From the NCBI RefSeq assembly GCF_006345805.1, contig NC_042998.1:168330001-168394000 (forward strand): 64,000 nucleotides of DNA, written 5' to 3'. The translations under genes were made by a program, and so were the position numbers. The stretch is from Octopus sinensis. Lineage: Eukaryota. Position 1 is the stretch's first letter, and every line of letters starts with the position of its first letter. Positions 50,034 to 62,207 of the stretch are shown piece after piece. The notes beneath the pieces were generated by a model. That model ran no database searches. It saw only the letters and a program-made list of their open reading frames with translations, and was not told where the DNA came from.

Positions 50034-50949
50034 TAATATTCCTTCCGTCGCTAATAATGAATTAGTGATATAAAGTTTTAAAATCCTCGTTGATAATAAC
50101 ATACATCTTTAAGTAAATAATTTATTACTAAAAAAGTAAATATATAAATGAATAAAGAATATGACTAATGAGAGCAAACGAAAACAGGAATCATGCTGTA
50201 ATTTGAGTCATGTAAACTGTAGTTTACGCCTAAAAATGATTTATTCAAGCAATAAGTATGTAAGATATACTGCTTTTTAAACTGTTTAAGGATTTTTACA
50301 ATTTAGTGAGTAGTTATATATTTTTGTTGTCTATGTTATTATAGAGGTACTGTCAGCAAATGAGAGTGGTTGTCCTCTTAATCGCCGTCATAAGTTTTTC
50401 GGATTTGTATATTGTTTTTTTTTTTTTAAATTTCGTTTTAGAAATATTTTTTTAAAAAAAAGATGTATTTTATGGCGTCGGAAGTGACGGATAACGAGGG
50501 AGAGAGAAAGGTCAGAAGATGAAGGAGAGTCAGGGGAGAGAAGAAGAAGAAGAAGAGAAGAAGAAGAAGAAGAAGAAGAAGAAGAAGAAGAAGAAGAAGA
50601 GAAGAAGAAGAAGAAGAAGGCTGTTACGAAACAAAATGTTCTCCATAATGAAAAAGAACGGAAAATGAAAAGCATGTAATTTTCATTTGATCATTCAAAT
50701 TAGGGCCATAAAATTAAGCACTTCCGCCATCTTCACCATCAACCCACCACCAGTGATGTAACTACGATGACACTATCAATAATAACGCCCCTAAAATTTA
50801 TTCTAAAACCTAGCATCCCCTACCACCTCCACCATCATAGACAGCCTCACAAGCAGCAATGCTAGAGCCAGTTGTAGTACCAACACTTGTTACGAAGTAA
50901 ACAAGAGCAATATAGACGCAACAGTAACATCAGCATTATGAATGAGGTT

Positions 50950-51390
50950 TGGATGCACTTGAACATGTGGAAACCTGGAAAATGAAGAGAAACGGGTGAG
51001 GTGCGTCACTAAGTAGACGTCACGCTACGGAGGAAATTCGTAAGGAGAGGTTGACATCTCTCTGCTTCTCTAGGGACAAGGAAGAGTTCGGGTTACGCAC
51101 AGAGCAGATGAAGAACTCTGTCCTATCTGCTAAGTCTGATGGGACTAGAAGCATGGAACACTAAGCCTGATGCTGAAACCAAACGAAGTGAGGAGGCAAC
51201 GGGGTACTCAAAAGATTCACATCAACACAGATTAGTACCCCGGTTTGTGCTAACACTGTCAGGAACATGCGCAAACATTTGGCGCCGTAGTTGATCGCAA
51301 CAGTCACGATGCAATTTGGAAAAAGTGTGAGAACACAAGAGACTGGTCGTGGGTGTTCATAGACTTCCAACGAGAATCATTGGGCTATCT
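50950..51390 (+). mobile_element. Highly decayed RTE-like LINE 3' fragment
   Basis: Frameshifted CVTK...EEIRK...GYAQ...DEE resembles the RTE C-terminus (GVTRLDRIRNEEIR...WFGHV.RRDE). Confidence 0.4.
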
Positions 51391-51727
51391 ATTTTTGTGT
51401 TTATTTTTATACATGTATATGCATATGTATGTTTGTGTGTATATATGTATATATATATATCGTTGCTATTATGCAAAAGTGATGTAAGTCCAAGACTTTG
51501 CTTTTTCAGAAAACGAAAAACAAAAAAAAAAAAAAAGTTTCACCATTCGATAGCAAAACCGTTGTACTACACTTTGACAATGTTTGATATCTTGGCTTCT
51601 GAAGCAGCTGGAGATACGATAGTTTGTCCAAAACAACCTGGTATTGCACACAAAAAGAAGTATGAAAAGAACGCATTTGGCCAAATTTGGACATACGGCA
51701 GTTAAACATAATAGCAACGATATATAT

Positions 51728-51868
51728 ATACATACATACATACATTACATACATACATACATACATACGTACGTACGTACGTACATACATACATACGTAC
51801 ATACATACATACATACATACATACATACATACATACATACATACATACATACATACATACATACATAC
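51728..51868. repeat. (ATAC)n microsatellite
   Basis: Seen directly. Confidence 0.95.
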
Positions 51869-51934
51869 GCATGTGCGTCTGCTTGAAATCATATGTGTGT
51901 GTATGAATATGGCTATGTACATCGTATCCTAGCT

Positions 51935-52665
51935 AAATTTAACAGTTTCCATAAAAGAAAAAGAAAACACAATATCCCATAAAAAAAATTGTTTTATCAA
52001 AAATGAAAAATATCAACCAGATTATAGCGGGAAGATAACGGTTAATTGAAAATAGCTGCCATCTGCTTCCACTATGATGGCTCCGAAACTTGGCGCGTGC
52101 TTTCCTCAACATGTCGCTGGAAAGATCTTCGAACACCTGTTTGATTTTGGCCACCAGCTCGGCGGTAGAACGATTGGTGACTTTCGCTTTTGCGCCCTAA
52201 ACATAGTAATCTACGGGATTACAATTGGGGAAAATCAGGGGGCCAGGAATTGCAGCTTGTGAAGTCGTGGAGATCCCTCGTCAACTACTTCTGACTCTTT
52301 CCAGTAATATAGCAAGAAGCCCAGTCCTGCTGCCATACACATTACCTCCTGGTAGCAACCTTCTGCAGCCATAGTTTGACCATAGGTTCCAGCAGCTGAA
52401 TTGAGTCTAAGACCTTGTTCGAAGATATGGGGCGACTTTACGTCACCTTTACTGGAGACACACCCAAAGATCTTCGAGTTTCGAGGAACGTGGATTTCAT
52501 GATGCCCATGTCATGTCTTACAGCTTTTACAGTGTTCATGGAATATTGAGCCGCAGTTATGATTTCAGCATTTTGATAGCCGGCACAAGCCATCATGATA
52601 GTAACTATTTTACAATATCCAGATGGCTTCCAGTCCTCCATGTCAAGCTGGTCTTGAAAAAAGGT
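51935..52665 (-). mobile_element. Internally deleted maT/DD37D-like transposon remnant
   Basis: MEDWKPS...AEIITAAQYSMNTVKAVRHD, WQQD, SWPP and PNCNPVDYYV, then AELVAKIKQVFEDL. Confidence 0.8.
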
Positions 52666-52730
52666 AGCATACATACATACATACACTCACATACATACAT
52701 AAATACATACATACACGCATACATACATAT

Positions 52731-53652
52731 GAAAAGTATGCGTTTGCAATCCAGGAACAGGAAATATCAACCAAATACCTAATGCACAAAAGGGATAAAG
52801 ACGCAGGAAAAGCAGCAAAAAGTTGCAACCGATGAAGACTTAGTGGAGTTAACACCGAAGATATTACCTACATCATAAGAAGTTGTCTGAAAATGTCACC
52901 ACGGTATTATCTACCGATGAGACATGATGTAACTAAGGCACGGTATAATGAGATCCTTAGGAAGAATAACCCTAAAGCCAAAGAAATAAGAAACATTATG
53001 GTAGAAAACATAGGAACTCATAATAAGGAGTACTGGTGGAATGTCCCAGTGAAAACCTCAATAAAATGTAAACATAATAGACCTGACAAAGCGATTTATG
53101 ATGGAGAAGAGAAATTTTGTACAGTTGTAGAAATCAGCTGCCCAGCGGATGTTAAATTAAAGCTAAAGATCAGTGAAAAAGAAAATACCTACACTGAACT
53201 ATTGAGAAGTCTACGGTTAGTATACCCAGATTACAAGTTCAGGTTTATACCTGTAATTATTGGGGAACTGGGATATATAACACACTGCCAAAGTACCAAT
53301 TTTGAGAAATTTGGCTTCTCAAAACCAGAATTGAGAAAGCTGATTTGAAGACTACAGATCCAAGTTATCACTGGGACAGTAAAAGTCTGTAAAATTTTCA
53401 TGTTTATCATTTAAGTATATATGCGCATGTCTAGACATGCAACTATATGCACGAGAATACATACATTAAACAAAGTATACAAATCTGCACATGCATTGGC
53501 TCCAAATACTGCACGTATGCATACATACATACATACATACATACATACAAAAACAATGTTGATGTTGAAATACAGATGGAGCTTTGGACCTAGATTAGAA
53601 ACCGGCTCTTTTTCTATTGGCCTCAAATCTTGAAATAAAACTGAATAATGAC
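52731..53652 (+). mobile_element. 5'-truncated R4/Dong-like LINE: decayed CCHC knuckle, RLE domain and 3' UTR
   Basis: YAFAIQEQEISTKY, NR*RLSG...ITYIIRSC (decayed CX2CX8HX4C), RHD, WWNVPV, HNRPD, VVEISCPAD, EKENTY and IPVIIGELG. (ATAC)n on both sides. Confidence 0.9.
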
Positions 53653-54267
53653 ATACATACATACATACATACATACATACATACATACTACATACATACA
53701 TACATACATACATACATACATACATTCATACATAAAACAAGAACATACAAATCTGCTTATGGACCGACTCCAAATATTGCACTCCCAATGTCTCCTGAGA
53801 AAAGTAGGCCATAAAAATTGTCAAATTTCGCCCGATTGCTCTAAATAAATAAATAAATAAATAAATAAAACCTTATGAGTAATGTTTTTCTGAGAAATAC
53901 TTTTTCTGTCTGTCTGTCCTGTGCAGTATTCAACCTGAAACACGAGTGTAAAATATTCAAAATATTTAAAGCACGCGGAAGATATTCAATGCATTTCAAT
54001 TGGCTTAGAAATGAGGTTAGTTAAATTCTAGTGGAAATCTTGTCGCTTTAATCAATTGAAATCTAGTGAATGTTGTAATTATTTATGCATTGTTGAAATT
54101 TAATCTAAAAACTCATGGTTATATTTTCCAAACATGCTTTTATCTTACAACAGGCGTAACACTGTTTAATACACGCAACCCGTTCAAAGAAGTCATTTTC
54201 TTTTAATATATTGACTATGTGATAAGTTTCCTCTTTTTTCTTTCTATATCTATGTATCTCCACTCCC

Positions 54268-54347
<80 letters not shown>

Positions 54348-54446
54348 CTATCTACCTACCTACTTACCTGTCTATCTACGTTTATGTGTGTATGCAAGCA
54401 TGTCTATAATTTTGTTTATGCATGTATGTATATGCATATATATATA

Positions 54447-56070
54447 GTTGAAATTTACAGAAAAACGAAAGACGTAGACAGGCGTATGAACAACAAGCAG
54501 GTGTATTAGTTTAACACTTGAGAAAGTGAGTAAGTGTTTTACATTTCGGGCCTACGCTCTTCAACAGAAAGGAATATGAGGAAATAAACGGAGAGGGAAT
54601 AAAAAAAAACTTGTGGATTTAGCGATCAAACATAGTGACTGGTTAGGAAAAATAATTTGACAGGAGAGCTAGGAAGAAGGGGAGATAATAAAGTACTGGT
54701 GATCCCAAAACGAAGGTGCGTGTGCGTGTGTGTATGTGAGATTGTGGAAGTGTGCGTGTGTAGATAGGTGCTAGTGACTTTGACGAGTAGATGTGTGTGT
54801 GTGTAAGCGTGTGCGTCTGTAATGTGTAGGTGTGTGGATGGGGTGTGCAGATGATGGTGTGTGGGTATGTAAATAGGGGTGTGTGGTGTAAGTGGTGGCA
54901 AGTGGTCAGTGCTAGTGTGTGTTGGGCGCTGTGGGGTGGTGTGATGTGGTGCGGTGGTGTGTGGTGTGGTATGGTGTGGTGTAGTATGATGTGGCTGTGT
55001 GAGGTGTGGGAATGTGAGGGTGGTGTTTGAGTGTGGGGTGAAGATGTGGGGTAAGGATGTGAAGTGAGGATGTGGGGTGGAGGTGTGGGACGTGGATGGA
55101 ATGGGTATCAATGAAGAGAGAAGGTGGGTAGAAATGAAGAGAGGAAATAGGTATTAGGGCAAGGGAGGAGAGGAGGAGAGTCAGATAAAGAGAGGAGGAG
55201 AGGTGAGTCTATGTAGCGCAAAGGAGCGAAGTGAAAAGATTAATTCCTGTTCACGGCGAAGGCGGGAGACCTGATGGCCATGTGCAAAGACAATGCGAAC
55301 AAAGTCAGGTGTTGTAATGACTGACCGGTAGAGCACAAAACCTGGGTGTCATTGCCGAGTCTAATGTCTCGGAGGCGCTCCACGAACTGGTCAGCCAAGC
55401 GGCGTCTCGTTTGACCGTTGTACAGAGAGGGGCAGAAAGAGCAGGAGATGCAGTAATTGACGTTGCTAGGAGTGCAGGTAAAAGAGTCGGTGATATGATA
55501 GGGATGATGATGGGTACTTGTGAAAATGATGGTGTTGGAGAGATAGGGGCAAGTGCAGTAGCGTGGGCGAGAGCAGAGGAACGAGCCAGGTTGGGAGGTG
55601 GGGTTAGGGAAGAAGCTGTGGACCAGGAGGTGACGCAGATTGTAGGCTCGTTTCAAGGAGGGAAGAGGTAGGTTGGGGAAGTTGTGCGAAGTGGAGGGGT
55701 CGGACTGGAGTTGCCGAAAAGCTCGGAGAATGGTGAGTTTGAGGGGCATGGTGGATGGGTGGTAGGTGAATGGAAACGGGAGACGAGCAACGGAAGGGCG
55801 GATGCGGGGAGAGAGAAGAAGAGGCACGGTCCACAGAACGTGCTCTGACAAGGGCTGTGTGGATAGTAGTGAGGAGATATCCACGAAGGATGAAGTGGCG
55901 AGCCATGAGTTGAGAATTGGTCGCAGAGTCATGGTTGTCACTGCAGAGCCTGCACAGACGGAGGAATTGGGAGTTGGAGATTGAGAGCTCGATGTGGAAA
56001 GAGTGGGAGGAGGAAAAGTTGAGGTATGAGTGTGAATCGGTGAGTTTGTAGGTAAGGTTATCTTCTCGCG
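54447..56070 (-). mobile_element. 5'-truncated Neptune-type Penelope-like element: RT thumb, Zn linker, GIY-YIG and terminal repeat
   Basis: YKLTDSHSYLNFSSSH...SQFLRLCRLCSD...FILRGY, CSRPRYCTCPY and NVNYCISCSFCPSLYNGQTRRRL. A CAC-rich tract follows, then a terminal repeat with an HHR-like motif and (TA)n. Confidence 0.92.
54536..54571 (-). ncRNA. Degenerate hammerhead motif in the PLE terminal repeat
   Basis: CUUU-CUGUUGA-A-GAGC-GUAG-GCCC-GAAA-UGUA/AAAC. A6 is U, and helices II and III each have a mismatch. Confidence 0.5.
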
Positions 56071-56099
56071 TCATGCTGACTCATAAGGATTGTTTTCTT

Positions 56100-56299
56100 G
56101 GTTTCGGTTTCCATGGCTATAAATTCTCCGCCTGGACGGGACGCCGGTCCGTCACAGGTTTACTCATTTTTGCCAGCTGAGTGGACTGGAGCAACGTGAA
56201 ATGAAGTGTTTTACTCAAGAATACAACGCGCCACCAGGTCCAGGAATCCAAACCACAATCTTATGCCCAACACCCTAGCCACTAAGCCACGTAACTCCA
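56100..56299 (-). mobile_element. SINE family 3
   Basis: Head, core (GTTGCTCCAGTCCACTCAGCTGGCAAAAATGAGTA) and tail CCTGTGACGGACCGGCGTCCCGTCCAGG...GGAAACCG. Confidence 0.85.
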
Positions 56300-56330
56300 T
56301 TACATTAAGCACCACCAGAGGGACGAAGTA

Positions 56331-56398
<68 letters not shown>

Positions 56399-56529
56399 TG
56401 AAGAAGACATGACGTACCACCTTCAAAAGTACAGCAACTTAACATCACCCCGGAAGATATAGGCCTCTACACTCAAAACCGGGATTATTTGAGACGTCCT
56501 GCCGTCCAATGTGCAGGCGAAGTCTATGA

Positions 56530-56790
56530 GAGGAACTAAGTTTGCTTCCCAGAAACATGGTTCCATGTTCAGTCCCACTGCGTGGCACCTTGGGCAAGTG
56601 TTTTCTACTATAGCCTCGGGCCGACCAAAGCCTTGTGAGTGGATTTGGTAAGCGAAAATTGAAAAGAGCCTGTCGTACGTGTGTGTATGTGTGTATGTGT
56701 GTTGTCCCCCACCACCGCTTGACAACTGGTGTTGGTGTGTTTACGTCCCCGCAGCGTAGCAGTTCGACAAAAGAATAAGGCGATAAAATA
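56530..56790 (+). mobile_element. SINE family 1, both ends truncated
   Basis: GTTCAGTCCCACTGCGTGGCACCTTGGGCAAG...CCGCTTGACAACTGGTGTTGG. Confidence 0.9.
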
Positions 56791-57681
56791 AATATGTGGA
56801 GATGTGTGTGTGTATTTGTGTACATGCATGCAGCACAAGTATTTTAAATATCTCAAAATTTTATGTTTACAATACTGATTTCGTTTATACGCAGATGCAA
56901 TATCAATTGCTTAAATGAAAAGTGCATTCAATGAATATCTAACTCAATGTGCCTTAAGCGCACAACTGGGACGAAATTAACTCGAAATCAAGATAAATAA
57001 TCATGGCTGACTTGTAGGGAATGAGATTTCACTTAAGTAATAAAACTAAAATGTTAAGTGACTTGATCAAAAGATTTCGACAAACGGGCTGTTTAGCTTT
57101 AGGTTTTATTAATTAAGTCTGTTATCGTTAGTTCACAAGTCTTCATTCCTAAGTTAATAATGTCAGTCGGGACTGGTTTAGTTTAACAATTTGGCTACAA
57201 ATAAATCACTTAATCCTAGTATGTTAACAACTAAAGGCTTCGTTCGACAGCTTTTATTTATCAATTGTTTGATAAACATTATATCTTAATTAAGCTAGTA
57301 TGCCACCTTTACTTATATAAACACGACAGCTCACCGCTACACTAAAATGAAAAGCTCAAGAAAAAGGAAGAAAGAAAAGCTTGAAACCATTCGTGTATCT
57401 TCCGTATTTTAGCAAGAATGATCAAAGCCAAAAACACATGTTAGATCGCAAAGCCTAAATACCTGAGCGGAAAACTTGTTTCGTATGTCACTAGGCTAAC
57501 CTCTGTTTGACTGACAGATAACAGAATTCTAGATGAATTCTACTTGAACTCGTGTAAATAATTAAACGGTAATGGGTCATCAAGGGAATTAATCTAACAA
57601 GTTACGACGGCCACTGACCACCAGCATTATGCTCATATGTACTTATGCATATGTGTGTGTGTATGTGTGTATATATATATG

Positions 57682-57741
<60 letters not shown>

Positions 57742-57869
57742 GATACACACACACACATATATATGTACTATACCTACATATGTATATGTGTGTATAAGTA
57801 TGTATATATAGACATATTTGTATATATATATTTCTGTGTATGTAGGTATGAATCTTTGTATCTATGTTT

Positions 57870-58085
57870 GTTTGTATGTATGTATGTTTGCATGTATGTA
57901 TGTATGTATGTATGTATGTATGTATGTATGTATGTATGTTTATATGTACGTATGTTCTCTTCCGTTTTGAGTTATTTGAAGTCTTCCTGTACGGAAGGAG
58001 TTGGTTTCTATCGGAGATACAGTCCTCGTGCGCTTTTCTCGGCAGCAGTTGTCCTTGTTATCATTTCTGATGATGGTAAGTTATG
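57870..58085 (-). mobile_element. Probable LINE 3' UTR with (ATAC)n tail, second family
   Basis: Minus strand ...GATAGAAACCAACTCCTTCCG...TTCAAATAACTCAAAACGGAAGAGAAC then (ATAC)n, a layout parallel to the R4-like UTR. Confidence 0.4.
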
Positions 58086-59314
58086 AAAATAAAATAGGCA
58101 AAAAAAATTAATAAAACATGCGTATAAATATTTAACTGAATTTGGATAATATTAACGCTCTAAAAAAATGACCGTTATATCACAAGAAAACGTCAGCATA
58201 CACGATGTTGGTAATATTTTCAGAATGTATGCATACATCACCGTCGTCAGAGCAACCATACTTTTGTCCACATGTATATAGATCAGTTGAGAAGAACAAA
58301 TTTATTTTATTCAATATAAAATTTTAAAAATCTGATAAAATCCAAATGTGTACCTGATAGTTTATTCAATTGGCTGTCATTGATTGACTGTCATTGGGAA
58401 CTCTTGAACTGAAGGCTATAACTGCGAAAGGGTATAGGGTTAGTTTAATTATTGGCATTCGGAGTCTTCACCTTCTGTTACAATGTCACTTTTGATCGTA
58501 TATTCATGTAAATAGGTTAGTGAAATTCTTCTACTTCAGAAAAATATTGAAATGATAGACCTCTAGGTTTCTAAATTCACCGGCATCATTCATCTTCTAT
58601 CAAGTTCATTATCAGACACCATGAGGTTCATCTTTTAAATTTGGCATTGGTGTTTCCAATAGTTTCACTTTCAATTTGAAACCAATTCCTGACATAGTTT
58701 GCTCTAATGAAGAGAAATCTAATGTTATAGCCTCGAATATTTATTTTGGTGCAATTCAGGGCTACTTGGAAGAAAATTTATTTTGTTGCAATTCCCAAAA
58801 TTTAAGATATCTTCAATTTTTCATTTATGAAGCAAAACTGAGACTTTAGATTTTATAAATGAGCCACATGTACACTATCCCGATGACAAATATGTTTGGC
58901 ATTCAGGACAAATCACGTTCGCCCAACATAATTTAAATTCATCATCAAAATAATTCTTCAGATTCTTTGATAATTCTTCACCACTATTATGCAAGCACAA
59001 GGAGCGATGGGAAGATAATCTCGATACAACTTATGTAAACATACGCCCCATTATTTCTTGTATATATTCTTTTCGATCTTGTGTCTTTTGTGATTGCATT
59101 GCTCAATCCCTGAGCAACTTCTACAGCAGTCTTTTTGTTAGAGAACACCAAAAGCTGTTGTAAAGGCCGTGTGATGTGAGGTGACGAGAATAGCACTTTT
59201 GTACTACATCACACAGCCCTTAAAATAAAGAGAAATTGAATGGAACAAATAAATGCAAGAAAGAAAGAGACACAACAGCGTAAAGATGATTAAGAGAATA
59301 TTTATTGATATGAT

Positions 59315-59657
59315 AAGGCGGCGAGCTGGCAGAAACGTTAGAATGCAGAGCGAAATGCTTAGCGGCATTTCGTCTGTCTTTACGTTCTGAGTTCATATTT
59401 AGCCGAGGTCGACTTTGCCTTTCATCTTTTCGGAGTCGATAAATTAAGTACCAGTTGCGTACTGAGGTCGATCTAATCAACTGGTCCCTACCCCCAAAAT
59501 TTTTGACCTTGTGCCTAGATTAGAAAAGAATATATATATAAGGCTAAGGCGGTGAGCTGGCAAAAAAGTTAGCACGCCGGGCGAAATGCTTAGCGGTACT
59601 TCGTCTGTTTTTGTGTTTTGAGTTCAAATTCCTCCGAGGTCGACTTTGCTTTTCATC
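59315..59657 (+). mobile_element. Two tandem SINE family 2 copies (59315-59530 complete, 59546-59657 truncated)
   Basis: AAGGCGGCGAGCTGGCAGAAACGTTAG...TAGAAAAGAA, a short TA spacer, then AAGGCGGTGAGCTGGCA. Confidence 0.93.
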
Positions 59658-59930
59658 GTGGCTGTGATGCTGCTGCCTGGGTCGTTTGGAATTCATGCAG
59701 GTTGTATATTCGCTGTTGATCGTAGTGAAATAATTCACGAACAGTGAACTGTTGGAACCAGGGTGAATTGCTTGCTGAGCTGTGTACGTAGAGAGATGAT
59801 GTTGATGACGTTAAGGACATGATGGTGGCGACGAAATAGGAGGTTGCCGCAATGCTGTTGGACGAAGTTGGTGAGTCTCGACGTAGCTGCTGTGTTGGTG
59901 TTGTCTGGCGTTGTCGCTGTCTCTCTCTCA

Positions 59931-60001
<71 letters not shown>

Positions 60002-61128
60002 CTCTCTCTCTCTTTCTCTCTTACTTTTGTGCAGGCTCGGTGGTAGGTGGCAGGTGGTAGATCTCAAAGGAAAATCTCCCTTGTATTTGAACACTATGGA
60101 AATATATTAAAAAACACATTTCATTTTTCCACAGTTTAATTGTTTTTCATGCTTTACGCAAGTTGAAAAATCCGCAATGGCTGAAACCGGTACTAAAATG
60201 GTCTTCAAGCTAAAATCATTTTAGCATTTTCTACTTTGTCTTATTTTCCGTATACTTATCAACTCCTGTGTTACTTTTCAACCATCTACATATATATGTA
60301 TAGCAAAATGAAAGTTATTAAGGCAGGTATTATAAATTATTAATGATTAATTATAACAGTTAGTAGTCTGTGTTATGATATCGGTATAGTAATTAATAAA
60401 AAATAAATTGAGATAGAAAAATAGCATTTTTCAAAATGAAATTATCAACAGAATAATGTTTGTTTTCACATGAAACTACATTATGTAAGCAATTTAATAT
60501 TAAACTGAAGAATGAAGAAATATTTCGTTTTTGGATTTGGTTTGCAAGATTCTTTATGTGAGTTCGTGTGTTGAAGCATATTCTGTTGTGCCTGGGGTGA
60601 GTCATTCTCTTTTAGTGCTTTATAATTTAACACACTCACCGGTTAAATTTCCACTCATTTACCTACTTAATTTTCTAAAATTTTCGTTGCGTCTTGGAAC
60701 CTTTTCAATTGCTGTTGACTCAGTCCGTTATTCAAGCTGCGTTCTTTTTGTTTGTTTGTGCGTATGTGTGTGAGTCAGTGTGTGTGCACATACACATGTA
60801 TGTATACATGCATGTAAGTGTGTGTGTGTGCGTATGTAAATATGTATGTGTGAACGTTTTTATATATGTACTCTGCATATTCATGTTCGTGAGTTTGTAT
60901 GTTCGTGTTTGTAAGTGTGCGTGTGTGTTTGTATGTGTTTGCATGTGTGTGAGTGTGTATGTGTGTGTGTACCGCTGTTTCCTTGTGCGTGCATGTCTGT
61001 GTGTATCTCTGTGTGTGTGTATGGGTTTTTGTGACTATGTATAGTGTATGTGTGTATGGATGTGTATCTCTCCATATGTGTGGACGTATCTCCATATGTG
61101 TCCTTGTATAAAGTGAGTGTGTATATGT

Positions 61129-61333
61129 GTCATGTGTTTCAGTCTCCATTTGTGTATGAGTGTGTATATGGTCATGTGTTTCAGTCTCCATTTGTGTATG
61201 AGTGTGTATATGGTCATGTGTTTCAGTCTCCATTTGTGTATGAGTGTGTATATGGTCATGTGTTTCAGTCTCCATTTGTGTATGAGTGTGTATATGGTCA
61301 TGTGTTTCAGTCGCCATTTGTGTATGTGTGTGT
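61129..61333. repeat. 42-bp minisatellite, about 5 copies
   Basis: Unit GTCATGTGTTTCAGTCTCCATTTGTGTATGAGTGTGTATATG at 61129, 61171, 61213, 61255 and 61297. Confidence 0.97.
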
Positions 61334-61728
61334 ATGTGTGCTTACCTGTTCATATAACCTATGTACCTATGTATGTCTACCTGTTTACTTTCATATCCAT
61401 GTGCTTACATACATGTGCATATACATATACACATATACGCACACAAACACATATACAAACATCTATCGACATACCGGCTCACTAACTATTCTACCTGTAT
61501 ATACATATCAATTGTGGGTATGGGGGTGTGATTATCTACTACGTATATTTCCTATTTAGTACTGGGGATGTTAAATTATAAGCCACTAAAAGAGACCGAC
61601 TCTCTCCTAACACAACAGAATGGAAAAATACTTTTGGAAGAATACATATTCATTTTTAGTCAATCGGCAAATCCTACATAGTGAAATTTGTTGAATCTAT
61701 AAGTTTGTGTGTGTATGTGTGTGTGTGT

Positions 61729-61785
<57 letters not shown>

Positions 61786-62127
61786 GTCTGTGTGTCTATG
61801 TATGTGACACACTTTCAATTCACATAAAAGATTTCCTGTGTAAGTCGCACAAAACATACCTAACACAGTTACCAACCAATAAAATAACACAACCCGTTCT
61901 GTATATCCATTACACAACCTACACCAATAAAATGACTTAATGTATATGTTTACGCAATTGAGAGCCGATAATATAACACATTCTACATATCACCTACAAT
62001 CACATAAATGATATCTACACATTTGACACCCAATAGTATATATTAACCCAAATAGCTCAGATCTCTTAAATTCAATATTCGATCCTATAATATCTAATGC
62101 AAATCTATTTATGTATTTATTTATATG

Positions 62128-62158
<31 letters not shown>

Positions 62159-62171
62159 ATATATATGGGTA

Positions 62172-62203
<32 letters not shown>

Positions 62204-62207
62204 CATA

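Noticed and set aside
52893-53348. 151-aa ORF as an intact nuclease gene
   Set aside because: It is the RLE domain of a truncated LINE with a broken CCHC knuckle and flanking stops.
58066-58095. CTGATGA...GAAA on the plus strand
   Set aside because: No credible helix II, helix III or helix I.
59660-59920. Complex sequence truncating a SINE, suspected PLE N-terminal fragment
   Set aside because: No diagnostic motif; the resemblance is from memory only.
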